A stretch of 64,000 bases of DNA, from the NCBI GenBank assembly GCA_964515735.1, contig CAZEVP010000003.1:18731-82730 (forward strand). Reading direction: 5' to 3'. The DNA comes from an uncultured Verrucomicrobiaceae bacterium (GTDB taxonomy: Bacteria > Pseudomonadota > Gammaproteobacteria > Pseudomonadales > CAMLJR01). The notes under the pieces are model-generated. The model was given only the letters and a program-made list of their open reading frames with translations, had not been told where the DNA came from and did no database searches. Both the position numbers and the translations under genes were made by a program. Shown piece after piece: positions 1 through 7,898 of this stretch; the first letter of the stretch is position 1, and each line of letters opens with the position of its first letter.

Positions 1-1
1 C

Positions 2-136
2 GGCACCGACCACTTCAACTTCAAATGGCTGACCTCGGGCGGTGCATTCTGGGAAGCGGCGATCGATACGGCGCGACGCAAGCGCGACGACTGGCTGAAC
101 GAACCGCCGCCGCTCGGTGCCGCACAACCGCGATAG
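2..136 (+). CDS. 3' end of an unidentified CDS that enters from the left edge
   Basis: Open frame from position 2 to TAG at 134-136 (…DHFNFKWLTSGGAFWEAAIDTARRKRDDWLNEPPPLGAAQPR*). Codon usage looks coding. Product not recognised. Confidence 0.3.
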   Translation, partial: GTDHFNFKWLTSGGAFWEAAIDTARRKRDDWLNEPPPLGAAQPR

Positions 137-242
137 CAGTGACGACCGGCCCACCGACGGCATCGGCGCGAGACACGCGCCACGCCACCACCAGTCGTGC
201 GAAAATCCGCGCCGCCCTGCCCCCCCAACCGGACCACTTCAC

Positions 243-1532
243 ATGAGCCAGTCGTCTGCCGGCGCGCGTGGCAACTCACCGCGCCGGGTTCTGTTCGCCA
301 GCCTGATCGGCACCACCATCGAATTCTTCGACTTCTACATCTACGCCACCGCCGCCGTGCTGGTGTTCCCGCAGCTGTTCTTCCCGGCCAGCGATCAGGC
401 CACCGCGGTACTGCAGTCGCTGGCCACGTTCGCACTCGCCTTCTTCGCGCGCCCGATCGGCTCGGCGGTGTTCGGCCACTTCGGCGACCGCATCGGCCGC
501 AAGGCGACGCTGGTCGCCGCGCTGCTGACGATGGGTCTGTCGACCGTCGCTATCGGCTTCCTGCCGACCTATGCGTCGATCGGCCTGCTGGCGCCGGCGC
601 TGCTGGCATTGTGCCGTTTCGGTCAGGGGCTCGGGCTCGGCGGCGAATGGGGCGGCGCCGTGCTGCTGGCGACCGAGAACGCGCCGCCCGGCAAACGCGC
701 CTGGTACGGCATGTTCCCGCAGCTCGGCGCGCCTCTCGGCTTTCTCGGCGCCACCGGCGTATTCCTGCTGCTGGGCGCGTGGCTCTCCGACGATGATTTC
801 TTCCAGTGGGGCTGGCGCGTGCCGTTCATCGCCAGCTCGCTGCTGGTGTTCGTCGGCCTCTACGTGCGGCTGAAACTGGAAGAGACGCCCGATTTCCAGA
901 AGGCGATCGACAACGACGAGCGCGTGCGGCTGCCAATGGCGACGGTGCTGACGCAACACCCCGGCATGTTGCTGCTCGGCACGCTGTCGGCGGTGGCGAC
1001 CTTCGTGCTGTTCTACATGATGACGGTGTTCGCGCTGAGCTGGGGCACCAGCGCGCTCGGTTTCAGCCGCAGCGATTTCCTCGTGATCCAGATGATCGGC
1101 GTGCTGTTCTTCGCGCTGACCATTCCGCTGTCGGCGCTGCTGGCCGACCGTTACGGCAGCCGCGCGGTACTGATGGGCTCGGCGCTGCTGGTGATGCTGT
1201 TCGGTCTGGTCTTCGCGCCGCTGTTCAGCGCCGGCAGCCTGTCAGCCGTGCTGCTGTTCCTCTGTCTCGGCCTCGGCCTGATGGGGCTGACCTACGGCCC
1301 GGTCAGCGCGTCGCTGTCCGAACTGTTCCCGACCGCGGTGCGCTACACCGGCGCCTCGCTGACATTCAACCTCGCCGGCATCATCGGCGCCTCGTTCGCG
1401 CCCTATATCGCCCGCTATCTGGCCGACCGCTACGGCCTGCAGTTCGTCGGCTACTACCTGTCGATAGCGGGATTGCTGACCTTCGCCGCGTTGTGGCTGA
1501 TCGGATTGGCACCAGCGCGAAAATCCTCGTGA
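243..1532 (+). CDS. MFS transporter, metabolite:H+ symporter (MHS) type
   Basis: Start taken at internal ATG 243 (MSQSSAG…). N-terminus LIGTTIEFFDFYIYATAAVLVFPQLFF and GHFGDRIGRK are typical of the MHS/ProP/KgtP/ShiA subfamily. About 12 hydrophobic segments. Confidence 0.85.
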   Translation: MSQSSAGARGNSPRRVLFASLIGTTIEFFDFYIYATAAVLVFPQLFFPASDQATAVLQSLATFALAFFARPIGSAVFGHFGDRIGRKATLVAALLTMGLSTVAIGFLPTYASIGLLAPALLALCRFGQGLGLGGEWGGAVLLATENAPPGKRAWYGMFPQLGAPLGFLGATGVFLLLGAWLSDDDFFQWGWRVPFIASSLLVFVGLYVRLKLEETPDFQKAIDNDERVRLPMATVLTQHPGMLLLGTLSAVATFVLFYMMTVFALSWGTSALGFSRSDFLVIQMIGVLFFALTIPLSALLADRYGSRAVLMGSALLVMLFGLVFAPLFSAGSLSAVLLFLCLGLGLMGLTYGPVSASLSELFPTAVRYTGASLTFNLAGIIGASFAPYIARYLADRYGLQFVGYYLSIAGLLTFAALWLIGLAPARKSS

Positions 1533-1625
1533 TGTGCTCGACCACCGGGCTGTGGTGAGGCTGCCTCGCCACCAGGGTGTCAGCACCCACATCATCCCGA
1601 TTCTCGCCCCCGACATAGCCTCATT

Positions 1626-1640
1626 TGTGCAAAATGCACA
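1626..1640. promoter_or_regulatory. Candidate operator palindrome upstream of RES-Xre module 1
   Basis: TGTGCA-AAA-TGCACA inverted repeat, 43 bp upstream of the antitoxin ATG, in a locally AT-richer stretch. Type II antitoxins usually autoregulate at such palindromes. Confidence 0.3.
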
Positions 1641-1682
1641 TACTTGCTACCGTTTGTTCGAATTTCACAAGGAAGAGCCTCC

Positions 1683-2054
1683 ATGCTGGCCCAGATCGAG
1701 ACAGCACCAACACCCAGAGCGGTGCTGGCCAAGGCGGTATTGAAAGCGGCCGAACAGCTCGGACTGAAGCAGGCGGAGCTGGCCGCCGTGCTCGGCATCC
1801 ACCGCACCGCCGTCAGCCGGCTGAGACAGACGCCGTCGCTGGATCCCGACTCCAAGGCCGGCGAGCTGGCACTGCTGCTGATCCGCGTCGCCCGCTCGCT
1901 CTACGCGCTGACCGGTGGTGACGAGGTGTGGATTCGCCACTTCATGCGCACCCCCAACAAGCTCACCGGGGGCGTACCAGCACAGCAGATCGCGCACATT
2001 CAGGGGCTGGTCGCCGTGTTGCAATTCGTCGATGCGATGCGGGGCAAGGTCTGA
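1683..2054 (+). CDS. Xre-like antitoxin with DUF2384 domain (ParS/MbcA family), module 1
   Basis: MLAQIETAP… with HTH (LGLKQAELAAVLGIHRTAVSRL) and C-terminal WIRHFMRTPNKLTGGVPAQQI typical of DUF2384. Its TGA overlaps the toxin ATG (TGATG at 2052-2056). Confidence 0.8.
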   Translation: MLAQIETAPTPRAVLAKAVLKAAEQLGLKQAELAAVLGIHRTAVSRLRQTPSLDPDSKAGELALLLIRVARSLYALTGGDEVWIRHFMRTPNKLTGGVPAQQIAHIQGLVAVLQFVDAMRGKV

Positions 2055-2800
2055 TGATCTGGCAGGCCTGTCGCGGCGCCGAACAGATCGTCCCACTGGC
2101 CGGCACGCTATTCCGGCTGGTCGAGAGCCAGTCGCAGATAGCGACGCTCCACTACGTCGATACGCTGGCCGAACAGGCGCTGCTGGAAGAGATGCTGGAA
2201 AAGGTGAAGCCCCCTTATCCCATCGCCGCCGATGACCTTCATTACCTGCTGAAAACACCGTTCCGCTACCCGCCGCTGCCGTGGGGTTCGCGCTTCGGCC
2301 GCGTGCACGAACCGGGCATCTTCTACGGTGGCAGTAACACCGAAACGACACTGGCCGAACTGGCCTACTACCGTTTCGTCTTCTGGCAGTCGATGGAGGG
2401 CGAGCCGATCAAGGAAAGCATTCGTACCGGGCACACACTGTTTTCGGTGGGTTATCGCTGCGGCAACGGCGTGAAACTTCACAGCGAACCGTTTGCGCAG
2501 TTCACAGCTGCGCTTCGGCATCCGCAGGATTATTCACAGACGCAGCAACTCGGCACCGCGATGCGCGAAGCTGGCGTTGAAGCATTCGAGTATCCGTCGG
2601 CACGCGACCCGCAACGCGGCATCTGCATCGGGCTGTTCACGCCCACCACACTCAGTGAACACAAACCGCGCGAGACGAACGACTGGCTGTGCGAGATCAC
2701 GGCGACCGAAGCCGTGTTCAAGCAGGTGGGGCAGCCGACCGTCATTTCGTTCGGGATCGGCGCCTTTCTGTATGAGGGGAAACTGCCTCAGCCGGCGTAA
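2054..2800 (+). CDS. RES-domain toxin (ParT/MbcT family), module 1
   Basis: Arg/Glu/Ser signature seen: GSRFGRVHEPGIFYGGSNTETTLAELAYY (R…E) and FEYPSARDP (S). Translationally coupled to the upstream DUF2384 gene. Confidence 0.85.
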   Translation: MIWQACRGAEQIVPLAGTLFRLVESQSQIATLHYVDTLAEQALLEEMLEKVKPPYPIAADDLHYLLKTPFRYPPLPWGSRFGRVHEPGIFYGGSNTETTLAELAYYRFVFWQSMEGEPIKESIRTGHTLFSVGYRCGNGVKLHSEPFAQFTAALRHPQDYSQTQQLGTAMREAGVEAFEYPSARDPQRGICIGLFTPTTLSEHKPRETNDWLCEITATEAVFKQVGQPTVISFGIGAFLYEGKLPQPA

Positions 2801-2929
2801 GACGCAGAGGGATCGGTAGCGCCACAGATCGCCGAATGAGGAAGCACAAATCAATGAAACCAATACTTAAACCTCTATAGAAATAGATAGTTATATAAAA
2901 GATGCAAGCGGACTTTAGTGTCCGCCCCC

Positions 2930-3334
2930 ATGAATGACAAAGAAGCCTTCTCCGACCGCCTGAGGGCCGCGATGGTCGCCGCCGGCCACGAACCACGCCC
3001 GGCCGTACTCGAAAAGCTGTTCAATTCGCGCTACTGGGGCCGCTCGGTGACGTTTCAGGCGGTATCGCGCTGGCTCAACGGCGGCTCGATTCCCGCGCAG
3101 GAGAAGCTGGTGATTCTGGCCGATCTGCTGGCCGTCGATCCGCAGGCATTGCGCTATGGCGAGGAGTCGGTAAAAAGCATCCGTGAAAAGCGGGCGCGCT
3201 GGGATTCCGGTCTGGCGCCGGAGGATCGGGAAATCGTCGACCTGCTGCTGACGCTGACGGTCGAGCAGCGCAAGATCGTGCGCGAAGTGGTGCGGGCATT
3301 CGCCGCGGGCGGGAAGCCGAAAATCAGGAAGTGA
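2930..3334 (+). CDS. XRE-family helix-turn-helix transcriptional regulator
   Basis: MNDKEAFSDRLRAAMVAAG…SVTFQAVSRWLNGGSIPAQEKLVILADLLAVDPQALRYG is a Cro/CI-type HTH. Preceded by a markedly AT-rich patch. An alternative GTG start lies at 2918. Confidence 0.7.
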   Translation: MNDKEAFSDRLRAAMVAAGHEPRPAVLEKLFNSRYWGRSVTFQAVSRWLNGGSIPAQEKLVILADLLAVDPQALRYGEESVKSIREKRARWDSGLAPEDREIVDLLLTLTVEQRKIVREVVRAFAAGGKPKIRK

Positions 3335-3398
3335 CCTCGCTCATCGCTCCAAACCCGGCGCCCCCGAAAACCGGAAGGCGCCGGCCCCGTCCATGTGA

Positions 3399-3635
3399 TT
3401 ACTTCAAGTCCGCGATATTCGCACCGAAGTTGATGTGGAACGGCGTGCCGTCCAGCACCAGCGCCGGCACCGACCTGACGCCAGCGGCTTCCGCTTCGGC
3501 GATTCGCGATCCGTCGCTGCCGAGGTGCACGATCTCGACGTCATAGCGCGTGCGGTCGAGCGCGCTGGCCACACCCTGTTCCGCCGCGACGCAGACCGGG
3601 CATCCGGCATGATAGAAAACGGCTTTGGTTTTCAT
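3399..3635 (-). CDS. Small thioredoxin/glutaredoxin-fold protein (CxxC)
   Basis: 78 aa, MKTKAVFYHAGCPVCVAAEQ…VPALVLDGTPF. Has a CPVC redox motif and a cis-Pro-like VPAL motif. Start taken at internal ATG 3635. Divergent from the HxlR gene. Confidence 0.7.
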   Translation of the reverse strand: MKTKAVFYHAGCPVCVAAEQGVASALDRTRYDVEIVHLGSDGSRIAEAEAAGVRSVPALVLDGTPFHINFGANIADLK

Positions 3636-3752
3636 CTTCTTTCTCCTCTGCTGCGATGATGTAATGGCGCGCGCATCGTCACGGTAGCGCCGCGTGCGCA
3701 CCGGCAACAGCGGGAACGGCGCGGTGGGGTAGGCACTTTTCGGTGTAAAACG

Positions 3753-4082
3753 ATGAAAACCCAGACGAAAGAAATTGGCGGGCGCACGCGCAGCCACTAC
3801 CGCAAGCTGGAGGATGTCGTCGGCTGCAAATGGTCGGTGTCGGTGCTGCTGGCCGTGGCGCAGGGCATCAACCGACCCGGTGCGCTGGAGCGGCACATCG
3901 ACGGGATCTCGACCAAGGTATTGTCGGAGCGGCTGCGCAAACTGAGCGCGTATGGCCTGCTCGACAAGCACAGCTTCGCCGAGGTGCCGCCGCGCACCGA
4001 ATATTCGCTGACGACTTCGGGCAGAAAACTCATCGCGATCATCCAGCAGATTCGGGAACTCGATGCCGAGCGCGATGCGTGA
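3753..4082 (+). CDS. HxlR-family winged-helix transcriptional regulator
   Basis: VVGCKWSVSVLLAVAQGINRPGALERHIDGISTKVLSERLRKLSAYGLLDKHSFAEVPPRTEYSLT is a typical HxlR (DUF24) core. Confidence 0.85.
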   Translation: MKTQTKEIGGRTRSHYRKLEDVVGCKWSVSVLLAVAQGINRPGALERHIDGISTKVLSERLRKLSAYGLLDKHSFAEVPPRTEYSLTTSGRKLIAIIQQIRELDAERDA

Positions 4083-4117
4083 AGCGGAATGACGAATCAT
4101 CGATCGGGAGGTGCACC

Positions 4118-4305
4118 ATGAAATATCGCGGCATCTTCAACAAGCACGTCGTCCGGCACGCTTCTGCACGACCTGCGGCATTCATCCGTTCGGCGAGGGT
4201 GTGGGGCCCGATGGCCGGGAGATGGCGGCCATCAACGTGCGCTGCCTCGACGATGTCGATCTCGATGCGCTGAACGTCCGGCACTTCGACGGGCAGGCGC
4301 TGTAG
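4118..4305 (+). pseudogene. 5'-truncated, frameshifted remnant of a GFA-family (glutathione-dependent formaldehyde-activating-like) gene
   Basis: ATG 4118 behind GGGAGG gives MKYRGIFNKHVVRHA. The shifted frame continues FCTTCGIHPFGEG…INVRCLDDVDLDALNVRHFDGQAL*, a GFA C-terminal pattern. The N-terminal Cys-rich zinc half is absent. Confidence 0.45.
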
Positions 4306-4445
4306 CCCGCTGCGCCCGAAACCGTTCGCCAGCGCGCACGGCGGTGCTTCGAAAACAGCGCAAGATTCGGATTGGAAGAGTGCCACCGGCTTCGTAACGT
4401 TCTGTCCCCGACATCGTTCGCAGACAGGACAACAGAGGCAATCCG

Positions 4446-5210
4446 ATGAATGCACTCGCCGATAAAGTTGCCATCGTCACCGGCGCCAGTTCCGGTATCG
4501 GTCATGCAACCGCACGTTTGTTCGCAAGAGAAGGCGCCGCCGTCGTCGTCGCTGCACGGCGACAACAGGAACTCGATGCACTGGTCGAAACGATAACGGC
4601 ACAGGGTGGACATGCCATCGCACTGGCGGGCGACGTCGGCGATGAAGCGTTCGCCAGGGCATTGGTGGAAACGGCCGTGGATCGCTTTGGCGGGCTGGAC
4701 ATTGCCTTCAACAACGCCGGCATACTGGGCGCGATGGGGCCGGTGCCGGAGATGTCGCTGGCGGCGTGGAATCAGGTCATTCACACCAATCTGACCAGTG
4801 CATTTCTCGGTGCGAAGTACCAACTGCCGGCGATGGTTGCGCGCAACGGCGGCTCATTGATTTTCACCTCCACGTTCGTCGGTCACACCGCCGGGATACC
4901 CGGCATGGGGGCCTACGCGGCCAGCAAGGCGGGGCTTGTCGGACTGACGCAGGTGTTGGCGGCGGAATATGGTTCACAGGGAATCCGCGTCAATGCGCTG
5001 CTTCCCGGCGGCACCGACACGCCGGCGGGGCGCGAATTTGCCGACACCCCGGAAGCGCGGGCGCTCGTCGGCAATCTGCACGCGCTGAAGCGCATGGCCA
5101 CGCCCGACGAGATTGCCCGCTCGGCGCTCTATCTGGCGTCGGAGGCGGCCAGCTTCACCACCGGCACCGCGATGCTGGTCGACGGCGGCGTCTCCATCGC
5201 GCGCATGTAG
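4446..5210 (+). CDS. SDR-family short-chain dehydrogenase/reductase
   Basis: VAIVTGASSGIGHATA (TGxxxGxG), NNAG, and YAASKAGLVGL (YxxxK). Confidence 0.9.
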   Translation: MNALADKVAIVTGASSGIGHATARLFAREGAAVVVAARRQQELDALVETITAQGGHAIALAGDVGDEAFARALVETAVDRFGGLDIAFNNAGILGAMGPVPEMSLAAWNQVIHTNLTSAFLGAKYQLPAMVARNGGSLIFTSTFVGHTAGIPGMGAYAASKAGLVGLTQVLAAEYGSQGIRVNALLPGGTDTPAGREFADTPEARALVGNLHALKRMATPDEIARSALYLASEAASFTTGTAMLVDGGVSIARM

Positions 5211-5221
5211 GGATCGAGGTC

Positions 5222-6064
5222 ATGTCCGATTACCAGCGCATCGAAAAGGCGATCGCCTATCTGGTCGAACGCGCCGACGAACAGCCCGGCCTGGAGGAGA
5301 TCGCCGCGCATGTGCATCTGAGCCCGTTCCATTTTCAGCGGATGTTCTGCCAGTGGGCCGGCACGACGCCGAAACGGTTTCTGCAGGTGTTGACGCTGGA
5401 GCGTGGCAAGCACCTGCTCGACGCCTCGCGTTCGCTGCTGGATGTATCCCACACCCTGGGTTTGAGCGGCGGCTCCCGGCTGCACGACCATTTCGTGCAG
5501 ATCGAAGCGGTCACGCCCGGCGAGCACAAGCGCGGGGGCCGCGATCTGCAGATCGAATACGGCGTACACCCGACGCCGTTCGGCGAGATGTTCGTGGCCG
5601 TCACCCCGCGCGGCATCTGCCGGGCCGGATTCGCGGACTTCACGCCGATCGACGAGCAATTGTCCGATTTGCGCAAGAGCTGGCCGCTGGCGTCGCTGAC
5701 GAGAAGCGAACCCGCGACCCGCCCTGTCATCGACGCCATGTTCGCGGCGGCGAAAGCCGGCAAGCAGGGACCACTGTCGATCCATGTGGCGGGCACCAAC
5801 TTTCAGGTTGCCGTGTGGCGGGCGCTGCTGCGAATACCCGAGGGGGCCGTGGTCAGTTACGCCCGGATCGCCAGATCGCTGGATCATCCAGGCGCGTCGC
5901 GCGCGGTCGGCAATGCCATCGGCGCCAATCCCGTCGCATTTCTGATCCCCTGCCATCGGGTCATTCAGCAGAGCGGCGCGCTCGGAGGCTATCGCTGGGG
6001 CCCGGCGAAAAAGCAGCTGATCCAGCTCTGGGAAAGGGCGCGTGCCGCACCCGCGGAACCATGA
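5222..6064 (+). CDS. AraC-type HTH fused to methylated-DNA-protein-cysteine methyltransferase (AdaA/Ogt-like)
   Basis: N-terminal HLSPFHFQRMFCQWAGTTPKRF (AraC HTH). C-terminal IPCHRVI active site and RAVGNAIGANPV helix of the MGMT family. Start taken at ATG 5222. Confidence 0.85.
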   Translation: MSDYQRIEKAIAYLVERADEQPGLEEIAAHVHLSPFHFQRMFCQWAGTTPKRFLQVLTLERGKHLLDASRSLLDVSHTLGLSGGSRLHDHFVQIEAVTPGEHKRGGRDLQIEYGVHPTPFGEMFVAVTPRGICRAGFADFTPIDEQLSDLRKSWPLASLTRSEPATRPVIDAMFAAAKAGKQGPLSIHVAGTNFQVAVWRALLRIPEGAVVSYARIARSLDHPGASRAVGNAIGANPVAFLIPCHRVIQQSGALGGYRWGPAKKQLIQLWERARAAPAEP

Positions 6065-6161
6065 CGGCGCCGTCTGGCCGACGACATCGGGGCCACCTTC
6101 GACGGTAAGATTCGATCCGTCGCCAACCGACCATCCACCCGCACCGGCACAGGAGTCGACC

Positions 6162-6698
6162 ATGTATCGGGAAGTTCTGACGTTCTGGTTCGAGGAGATC
6201 GAACCGAAACAGTGGTGGGCGGTGGAGCCGACGTTCGATGCGCTGATCGAGTCGCGCTTCGGCGAGCTGTTGCAGCGGACTGCGCGCTGCGAGCTGCACG
6301 AGTGGCGCTCGCAACCGAAGGGGCGCCTCGCCGAGATCATCGTGCTCGACCAGTTCTCCCGCAACGTGTTCCGCAACACGCCGCAGGCCTTCACGCAGGA
6401 CCCGATGGCGCTGGCACTGGCGCAGGAAGCCGTGGCCGCCGGCGTGCATCGGTCGCTGTCGCCGATCGAGAACTGCTTTTTATTGATGCCGTACATGCAC
6501 AGCGAATCCGCGCGCATCCACGTCGAGGCCGAGGCGTTGTTCCGGCAGTTCGCGCCAGACGACAACTACCAGTTCGAACTGCAACACAAGGCCATCGTCG
6601 ATCGCTTCAAACGCTATCCGCACCGCAACGCGATTCTGGGGCGTGCGTCGACGCCCGAGGAGATCGAGTTTCTGAAGCAGCCGGGGTCCGGTTTCTGA
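6162..6698 (+). CDS. DUF924-family protein
   Basis: VLTFWFEE…WW, LDQFSRNVFR and RFKRYPHRNAILGRASTPEEIEFL match the DUF924 pattern. Start taken at ATG 6162. Confidence 0.8.
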   Translation: MYREVLTFWFEEIEPKQWWAVEPTFDALIESRFGELLQRTARCELHEWRSQPKGRLAEIIVLDQFSRNVFRNTPQAFTQDPMALALAQEAVAAGVHRSLSPIENCFLLMPYMHSESARIHVEAEALFRQFAPDDNYQFELQHKAIVDRFKRYPHRNAILGRASTPEEIEFLKQPGSGF

Positions 6699-6750
6699 AT
6701 ATTCGATCGTTCGTTTTCTGCAGCCCGCAGCGAACGAGGGACGCCATCCA

Positions 6751-7221
6751 TTACAACAACCGCGCGTCGTACCGCCACGCCCGCAACCGGGTCGCGGTGA
6801 TTCGCCCCGCATCCGGGTGGTGCGGGTTGATCAGCAGGTTGCGCTCTTCGGGGATGATCGCCGACGGCACGTCGAGCAGCGCCGGGCTGGCGCCCTGCAG
6901 CCAGCGGTCGCCGGTCTCGATGCTGGCGATGCCGGCCGGAGTCTGGTTCCAGCCGTCGGGGTACGGTGGTTCGAGCACCGTGCGGCCGGCCCAGAGTTCG
7001 TCGGGCACGTCGATGCGGATGAGGAAGCGGCGCAGCGGCAGCGCGCCGACGTTCATGTGTACCAGCGTCTCCAGACACGCCAGCGCGATGCTCTGCGCCG
7101 CGTAGACCACCGGTCGCCCGGCCGAATGCCAGCGCCCGCCGAACGCGGCGGCGCCGGTGCCCGACAGGTCGTCGGCGGGCCGGGTCGGGAATTCGACGGC
7201 GATGCGCCAGACCGAAGGCAT
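6751..7221 (-). CDS. RES-domain toxin, module 2
   Basis: GGRWHSAGRPVVYAAQSIALACLETLVH (R…E) and LDVPSAIIPEERN (S). 156 aa, downstream of a DUF2384 antitoxin on the same strand. Confidence 0.85.
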   Translation of the reverse strand: MPSVWRIAVEFPTRPADDLSGTGAAAFGGRWHSAGRPVVYAAQSIALACLETLVHMNVGALPLRRFLIRIDVPDELWAGRTVLEPPYPDGWNQTPAGIASIETGDRWLQGASPALLDVPSAIIPEERNLLINPHHPDAGRITATRLRAWRYDARLL

Positions 7222-7246
7222 CAGTGCTGATACCCGGACACTGGCG

Positions 7247-7292
7247 CCTGCTCAGACATCAGTACCTGCTCAGACCGTACCTGCTCAGACAT
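7247..7292. repeat. Three direct copies of CCTGCTCAGAC(AT), spaced 18 and 15 bp
   Basis: Copies at 7247-7259, 7265-7275 and 7280-7292. The third copy contains the last codons and the stop of the antitoxin gene. The others fill the 63-bp antitoxin-toxin spacer. Confidence 0.85.
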
Positions 7293-7845
7293 AGGCGCCG
7301 GCGATGCTCTGCGCCAGCAGGCGCGAGACCAGCAGCTGCCCTTCGGCGCAGTCCATGTATTCGCCCGGCGGCACGTTGCCGAGCGCCGGCAGCGGCTGTT
7401 CGAGCCAGCCGGCCACCCAGACGCCGGCATCGAAGGTGTCCGGATCGACGTCGGCGGCCGCAGCGACGATCTCCTCGACCTGACCAACCAGCGCGAGCAG
7501 GCCGACCAGCCGCGCCGACTGCTCGGTGTCGAGCGCGGCGTCGTCGCGCACCTTGCGGGCCACGGTCGGGCGCGACAGGCCGAGCGTGTCGATCAGGCGA
7601 TCCTGGCTGATGTGCAGCAGGCGGGCGGTGTCGGCCACCCCCTTCGCCTTGACGCCGGCGCGCGCCAGATCGATGCGCTCGACCGGGTTGGCGCGGTAGA
7701 GCGCGCGCGGCGTCGGCAACCCGGTGCCGGTCGCCGCGACGCGCCGAGTGGCCGCGAACGACTCCTTCACTTCGAGCGGTGGCGCCGCGCGCATCGACGC
7801 CCGTGGATAACTCGCATTCCGGGACTTCACCATGCCCCACCCCAC
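7285..7845 (-). CDS. Xre-like antitoxin with DUF2384 domain, module 2
   Basis: HTH (VADTARLLHISQDRLIDTLGLSRPTVARK) plus C-terminal WVAGWLEQPLPALGNVPPGEYM. The true start may be the ATG at 7833 (MVKSRN…). Confidence 0.8.
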   Translation of the reverse strand: MGWGMVKSRNASYPRASMRAAPPLEVKESFAATRRVAATGTGLPTPRALYRANPVERIDLARAGVKAKGVADTARLLHISQDRLIDTLGLSRPTVARKVRDDAALDTEQSARLVGLLALVGQVEEIVAAAADVDPDTFDAGVWVAGWLEQPLPALGNVPPGEYMDCAEGQLLVSRLLAQSIAGAYV

Positions 7846-7846
7846 A

Positions 7847-7858
7847 TATCAATTGATA
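7847..7858. promoter_or_regulatory. Candidate operator palindrome upstream of RES-Xre module 2
   Basis: Perfect 12-bp palindrome TATCAATTGATA at the start of an AT-rich 45-bp stretch, immediately upstream of the antitoxin start on the minus strand. Confidence 0.3.
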
Positions 7859-7898
7859 CCAATGGATGAATCAAATGATACACGAAATGCGCTGACCG

